Origin: Candidatus Eiseniibacteriota bacterium
GTDB taxonomy: Bacteria; Eisenbacteria; RBG-16-71-46
Length of the DNA: 64,000 nucleotides
Assembly: GCA_963717935.1 (NCBI GenBank)
Contig: CAVQXP010000004.1
Location: 992,001 to 1,056,000 of the forward strand
Reading direction: 5' to 3'
In this document: one piece after another, positions 59,082 through 64,000 of the stretch
How the letters are laid out: each line of letters starts with the position of its first letter
Position numbering within the stretch: position 1 is the stretch's first letter
Translations under genes and position numbers: made by a program
Notes under the pieces: generated by a model
The model's database searches: none
What the model was told of the DNA's origin: nothing
Seen by the model: the letters and a program-made list of their open reading frames with translations, nothing else

Positions 59082-59484
59082 GACACTGGGCTGCGAGGCT
59101 GCGATCGAGGGACATCCGGCAGGTGTGGCCTGGCGCACCACCATCCGTGCAGGTACTGCCGACTCGACATCGGGACGGCAAGCCTGCTCACCCCGCCACG
59201 CATCGGACACGTGGACGGGAAACTTACCCGGAAACCGCCCACCCCGCAAGCCTGCCAGCGCGGTCCGTGCCTCGGACCGCCCGGCCGGGCGGTCCCGGAG
59301 GGGCGCCGAGACGATCCCCGCGCGGCGCGAGCCGGTGGTGGCGTGTCCGCGGCGGGCTGATAGAATCAGGACCGTGCGCGCCCGCGGCCGGCGGTGGCCC
59401 GAACGGCCACGACTCGCGCCGAGTGTGGCGGGATTCCCCTCCAGCCGACGGGACATTCATCGGACGCCCGGAAGGAGCTCCTCG

Positions 59485-61068
59485 TTGAGATGGTCCCTGC
59501 CCGTCCTGCTCCTCCTGGCGCTGCTCCGGCCGGGTTCGGCGCTGGCGGCCGCGCCGAACCCGGCCGCGCCGCTGGAGCTCTCCCTCTACTACTGCCTGGA
59601 TCTGCGGAAGGATGGCGAGGTCCGCGAGCTCGAGCGGGTCTGGCAGCGCGCGGCGGCCGCCGGCTACACCAGGGTGATGCTGGCCGACGTCCACTTCGCC
59701 CGCCCGAGCGCCATGGACGGACATTACCGGGCGAACGCCGCGCGCGTGCGGAGTCTGGCGGCCCGGCTCGGCCTGGCGATCGTGCCCGGCGTGTTCCAGG
59801 TGGGCCGCTCGAACGTCATGCTGGGGTGCGATCCGAACCTCGCCGAGGGCGTGCCGGTCCGGCGCGCCCGCTTCGTGGTGCGCGGTGGTGAAGCGCGGCT
59901 GGTCGCCGACCCGCCGGTATCGCTGGGTGGCCGGCCGGAATGGGCGGACCCCGCCGTGCAGCTGGCCGGCGCGGTGGCCGTCACCAGCGACAACGCCGGA
60001 CGCGCCCGCTTCCGCCTGCGGGTGCGCGTCGCACCGTTCCGCTGCTATCACGTCTCGGTGAAGGTGCGCAGCCGCGGCTTCTCGGGCGCGGCGCGGATCA
60101 ACGTGCTGGGCGGCCGGCGGGCGCTGAATTTCATGCGGTCGCTCGACATCCTGCCCACGCAGGACTGGCGGAGCTACGACGTCGTCTTCAACTCCCTCGA
60201 CCATCGCGGGCTCGAGATCTACATGGGCCTGTGGCAGGCGGCGCGAGGCCGGCTCGAGTGGACCGACTGGCGGATCGAGGAGGTCGGTCTGCTCAACGTG
60301 CTGCGCCGTGCCGGCGCGCCGTGCGTGGTCGAGGGCCGCGTGGAGGGCCGCGACTACGAGCCCATCCACGACCCGGGACTCGAGCGGGCGCGCGGCACCG
60401 GCGCCTACTCCGAATGGCACGAGCCGCCGCGGATCCGCACGGGGCTCCCCGACGGCACGGAGTTGCGGGTGTCGTGGTACCACCCGGTCTTCTTCTTCGG
60501 GGGGAAGACGACCTGCTGTCCTTCGGACCCGGGGACCTTCGCCCTGCTGCGCGAAGAGGCCGCACGGCTGCGGGAGCTCTGGGGCGCCTCCGGTCACCTG
60601 TTCATGCACAACGAGATCCGCTGCCTCGGCTGGGACGCCTCGTGCGCGGCGCAGGGGAGGACCGCCGGCGGAGTGCTCGCGGCGCACCTGCGGCGCTGCC
60701 GCTCGCTGGTCACCGGGACCCAGGTCTACGCCTGGAGCGACATGTTCGATCCGTTCCACAACGCCCACGCCGGCTACTACCTGGTGCACGGCGATCTGGC
60801 ACGCTCCTGGGAAGGGCTCGGCCGCGACGTCATCATCCTCAACTGGAACTCCGAGTACCGTGCCGAGTCGCTGCGTCTCTTCTCGCGGCGGGGCCACCGC
60901 CAGATTATCGCCGGCTACTACGACGGCGATCCCGCCGGGATCCGGGACGCGCTGGCCGCCGCGCGCGGCGTGCCGGGGGTCATCGGTGTGATGTACACGA
61001 CCTGGCAGGGGCGCTACGACGACCTCGAGAGGTTCGCGCAGCTCGTGAGAGGGGCCAGGCGGGACTAG
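59485..61068 (+). CDS. Secreted glycoside-hydrolase-like protein (TIM barrel with inserted CBM-like domain)
   Basis: AAGGAG RBS plus TTG, signal peptide; MHNEIR, WSDMFDP, ILNW, GVMYTTW resemble GH20-like barrels. Confidence 0.6.
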   Translation: MRWSLPVLLLLALLRPGSALAAAPNPAAPLELSLYYCLDLRKDGEVRELERVWQRAAAAGYTRVMLADVHFARPSAMDGHYRANAARVRSLAARLGLAIVPGVFQVGRSNVMLGCDPNLAEGVPVRRARFVVRGGEARLVADPPVSLGGRPEWADPAVQLAGAVAVTSDNAGRARFRLRVRVAPFRCYHVSVKVRSRGFSGAARINVLGGRRALNFMRSLDILPTQDWRSYDVVFNSLDHRGLEIYMGLWQAARGRLEWTDWRIEEVGLLNVLRRAGAPCVVEGRVEGRDYEPIHDPGLERARGTGAYSEWHEPPRIRTGLPDGTELRVSWYHPVFFFGGKTTCCPSDPGTFALLREEAARLRELWGASGHLFMHNEIRCLGWDASCAAQGRTAGGVLAAHLRRCRSLVTGTQVYAWSDMFDPFHNAHAGYYLVHGDLARSWEGLGRDVIILNWNSEYRAESLRLFSRRGHRQIIAGYYDGDPAGIRDALAAARGVPGVIGVMYTTWQGRYDDLERFAQLVRGARRD

Positions 61069-61102
61069 CCCGGACCCCGCGATCCGGGACGGTGCGGCAG
61101 GC

Positions 61103-61131
61103 TTGGAATGCCGCCGGCCATCGCATATGAT
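61103..61131 (+). promoter_or_regulatory. Putative sigma70 promoter
   Basis: TTGGAA-17bp-TATGAT. Confidence 0.45.
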
Positions 61132-61325
61132 GCAGTTCGCCTTGCAACAAGCCCGGACGCGGGGAGGAGAACCTGCGACTGGGCTGGCGCGGTGTCCGGG
61201 ACGGCCTGCTGGGAGCCGCGTTGCGCGAAGCGCCCGGGGACCCCGCTCCGGCATGGAGAGTGCATAGTCCTGTGGTCCTTTCCTTCCGTCCCACCGCCAC
61301 CGGCCGCGAGGTGATAGGAGAATCC

Positions 61326-63245
61326 ATGCGCATCACGCTCTTCATCCCGTGGAGGAAGTTCCAGCGCCGGGTAGCCACGGTCCTGGGATCGGCCGGTGTG
61401 GCCCTGCTCGTCGCCGGCACGCCCGCGTGGGCCGCCACGTACTACGTGGCCCCGGGCGGCAATGACTCCAGCCTGGGCACCTCCCTGGCCACGGCCTGGC
61501 GGACGCTGGCCAAGGCCAACAGTTCGCTCCTGCCCGGCGACGTCGTCCTCATCCAGCCCGGCACCTACAGCGACGGCATCGTGCCGGCGCGCGACGGCGG
61601 CGCGACCAGCCGCATCTCCTATGTCGGTTCGCTGGCCTCGCCCGGCGTGGTCGTGGTCGCCCTGATCGACCTCACCGGGAGGTCCTACATCTCGGTCAAG
61701 GGCGTCACCTCGGCCGGGAACGCGACCCTCAACGCCACCATCGGGGAAGTCGCGGCGCAACGCGACAGCCTGCTGTACGTCTCGGTCTCGGGTTCCCTGA
61801 GCATGTGCGGGGCGTGGTACTGCCACATCGGCCGCTCCACCATCGGAACGGGGGACCCGACCGACAAGTTCCGCATCGACCTCCAGGGCGGTACTCCCGA
61901 GACCACTCCGAATGCCGCCATCACCAAGGGCTGCTCGGTCGTGGACAACGCCTTCAACCTCGGGGGCATCACCGGTGGCGCGATGATCTCGCTCGCCCAC
62001 ATGCGGGAGTGCATCTTCAGCCGCAACACCTTCGAACTCAGGGCTCCCGTCGGCAATGCGGACACCCACTTCTTCATGAACTACCGCGTCAAGAACTGCA
62101 GCTTCATGGACAACCGGTTCACCTGCCTGAACCTCGGTTCGGGAACGCTCTACGGGATGTACCTCCGCGACTCGAGCAGGTACAACGTCTTCGTGAGGGA
62201 TACGGTCGTCCTGCACCCGTCCAGCACGAGGGGGATTGCAGTGCAGGTCGCCGCCGCCGGAGCCTTCAACGACTGGCGCACGGCTGGAGACGGGCTCGGG
62301 AGCTGCGCCTACAACGAGTGGCACGACTGCTATTTCAAGGTGGACGAGAACATCCACGCCACGGCCAAGATCCACGGCTGCAAGTTCTTCGGCAACACCT
62401 TGATCACGAAGAATACGACGGATTTCTGGGCCGACAGCCTCACGATGCGGCATAACACCTTCCTCACCACGAATGACTGGCGGGCCGCCGAGTTCGATGC
62501 CAGGAACACCAACTCCACCATCAGGTCCAACATCTTCTATGCGACCGGCCCGAGCTCGTACGGGGTGATGCAGCTGGCGAGCACGTCATCGGAACGCAGC
62601 GACAGCAATCTGGTCTACGCTCCCGGTGCCGATCCCAACCGGGCGGTCTACAATCGGACGAATTCGGTCAGTTGCAGGGTCGGTCCCGGCTGCTCGTGGT
62701 GCGACCTCTATGGCAAGGACTGCCGCTCCCAGTGGGGCGATCCGCAGTTCACGAGCGTCTCCTGGGCCAGTCCCGACGTCACGCCGCGCACCGGCTCGAT
62801 CGCCCTCTCGGCAGACCTCTGGCCCGACGGCTACGTGGGTGCGATCCGCCCCGGCGCTTCCATCGGGGACCTCACCCCGCCCACCGCGATCGGGGATCTC
62901 GCGTTGGCCCTGATCTCGGACCACACCATCGTGCTGCGCTGGACGGCGACCGGCGACGACTGGACGACGGGGCAGGCGAGCACGTACGACCTGCGCTGGT
63001 CGAACCAGCCCATCACGGCGTTGAACTTCGACGCGGCGACGCCGGTCGGGATCCAGCCGGTCCCCGCCGTCGCGGGCACCCCGCAGAGCTACGTGCTGAC
63101 CGACCTGACCCTGTCGACCGACTACTACTTCGCCCTGCGGGTCGTGGACGAGAGCGGCAACTGGTCCGAACTGAGCAACGTGCTCGCGGCGACCACGAAG
63201 GCGACCGACACCGTCCCGCCGGCACCCATCACCTTTGAGCCCTAG
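61326..63245 (+). CDS. Secreted right-handed beta-helix (pectate-lyase-like/DUF1565) protein with C-terminal Fn3
   Basis: ATYYVAPGGNDS..WRTLAKA..PGDVVLIQPGTY; Asn-ladder repeats; LRWTATGDD..YYFALRVVDESGNWS. Confidence 0.8.
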   Translation: MRITLFIPWRKFQRRVATVLGSAGVALLVAGTPAWAATYYVAPGGNDSSLGTSLATAWRTLAKANSSLLPGDVVLIQPGTYSDGIVPARDGGATSRISYVGSLASPGVVVVALIDLTGRSYISVKGVTSAGNATLNATIGEVAAQRDSLLYVSVSGSLSMCGAWYCHIGRSTIGTGDPTDKFRIDLQGGTPETTPNAAITKGCSVVDNAFNLGGITGGAMISLAHMRECIFSRNTFELRAPVGNADTHFFMNYRVKNCSFMDNRFTCLNLGSGTLYGMYLRDSSRYNVFVRDTVVLHPSSTRGIAVQVAAAGAFNDWRTAGDGLGSCAYNEWHDCYFKVDENIHATAKIHGCKFFGNTLITKNTTDFWADSLTMRHNTFLTTNDWRAAEFDARNTNSTIRSNIFYATGPSSYGVMQLASTSSERSDSNLVYAPGADPNRAVYNRTNSVSCRVGPGCSWCDLYGKDCRSQWGDPQFTSVSWASPDVTPRTGSIALSADLWPDGYVGAIRPGASIGDLTPPTAIGDLALALISDHTIVLRWTATGDDWTTGQASTYDLRWSNQPITALNFDAATPVGIQPVPAVAGTPQSYVLTDLTLSTDYYFALRVVDESGNWSELSNVLAATTKATDTVPPAPITFEP

Positions 63246-63388
63246 CCTGGACCGTTCATGACGCGCTGCTGCGGACGCGATCTGACCGTGGTCCTCCCGC
63301 ATCCTCGCGACGCAGGTCACGAAGGGTCCATGCTGGCCCGGGATCCGGGCTGCCCGTGCGAACGCCGGGCCCTGCGGAGCGCACGACC

Positions 63389-64000
63389 ATGATGATGGCG
63401 GGGGAGGGCGACGGGCCCGGCGGACCCGCCCGGGACCGCGCTGGCGTGGGACGTGCCGGCGGTCTCGCCTGGCTGGTGCTGGGCCTGCTCCTGATCGTCC
63501 CCATCTGGTGGGGCACGGCCGCGACCTTCCCGTGGGAGAGCGACAACATCGCGCCGGGCTCGGTGCTCAGGGGGATGGCGGTGCATTTCGGCCCGGGCTG
63601 GTACTCGACCTACGGGCCCCTGCCGTACTACCTGACGGCCGCCGCGTACGCTCCGCTCCTGGCGGTGCTCAAGCTCACCGGCGAGTTGGGACGGCCGAGC
63701 AGCGTCTATCCGTTCGGCTTCGCGCATCCGGATGCCGCGATCGCGGCCCTGGTCATCCTGGCCCGGCTCGTCACGCTCCTGTTCGGGCTCGGTACCGTCT
63801 GGCTCGCGGCGCGCCGCGTGGTGCAGGAGGAGGGATCCGCGGCCGCCTGGCTGGTGCCGGTGTTCTTCCTGGGCTCGATCCAGTTCGCGTTCTACACGCG
63901 CGCCTCCAACGTGGACGTGCATGCCCTGTTCTGGCTCTGGCTCGCGGTCGAGCTGGTCGAGCGCGCCGCCTCATCGCGGCAACTGGCCTTCGGGGCGGCG
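63389..64000 (+). CDS. 3'-partial GT-C-like membrane protein
   Basis: Open to the window end: WESDNIAP, YGPLPYYL, LARLVTLLFG, NVDVHALFW. Confidence 0.65.
   Translation, partial: MMMAGEGDGPGGPARDRAGVGRAGGLAWLVLGLLLIVPIWWGTAATFPWESDNIAPGSVLRGMAVHFGPGWYSTYGPLPYYLTAAAYAPLLAVLKLTGELGRPSSVYPFGFAHPDAAIAALVILARLVTLLFGLGTVWLAARRVVQEEGSAAAWLVPVFFLGSIQFAFYTRASNVDVHALFWLWLAVELVERAASSRQLAFGAA

Noticed and set aside
1..64000. CRISPR array, rRNA, intact transposase or prophage
   Set aside because: No regularly spaced repeats or corresponding protein motifs seen

Overview
This is a very GC-rich bacterial chromosomal window. PorV/PorQ-family, carboxypeptidase-domain TonB receptor and T9SS/FlgD-type C-terminal-domain (CTD) proteins suggest an FCB-group organism such as Candidatus Eisenbacteria (inference). 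In order it holds: the tail of a CTD protein; an iorA-iorB-ADP-forming acyl-CoA ligase operon; a tightly coupled envelope operon (TBDR with one frameshift, PorV-like barrel, NHL lipoprotein, Fn3/CTD protein, lipoprotein) followed by an OB-fold/CTD protein; E2-lipB-iscA-nadA-lipA; sixA, metH, hicBA and a GNAT; a paralogous lipoprotein; aceE with about 7 frameshifts; a PAS hybrid kinase with a degenerate ATPase domain; a second TBDR converging on an MtrA-like/MtrB-like/hexaheme-lipoprotein operon; a clpB remnant and a polysaccharide cluster; a diguanylate cyclase; an NRAMP-related Mg transporter with a soluble MgtE-N/CBS protein and an uncalled 36-aa membrane peptide; ptsN with three degenerate Nuo/Mrp-like membrane proteins; a decayed island at tRNA-Lys(CTT); and secreted glycan-related proteins. 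The best candidates for little-described systems are the TBDR-PorV-CTD envelope module, the 10+1-heme porin-cytochrome conduit, the three-part Mg module and the lysine-less Nuo-like trio. All calls come from motif reading by eye; no database searches were run.
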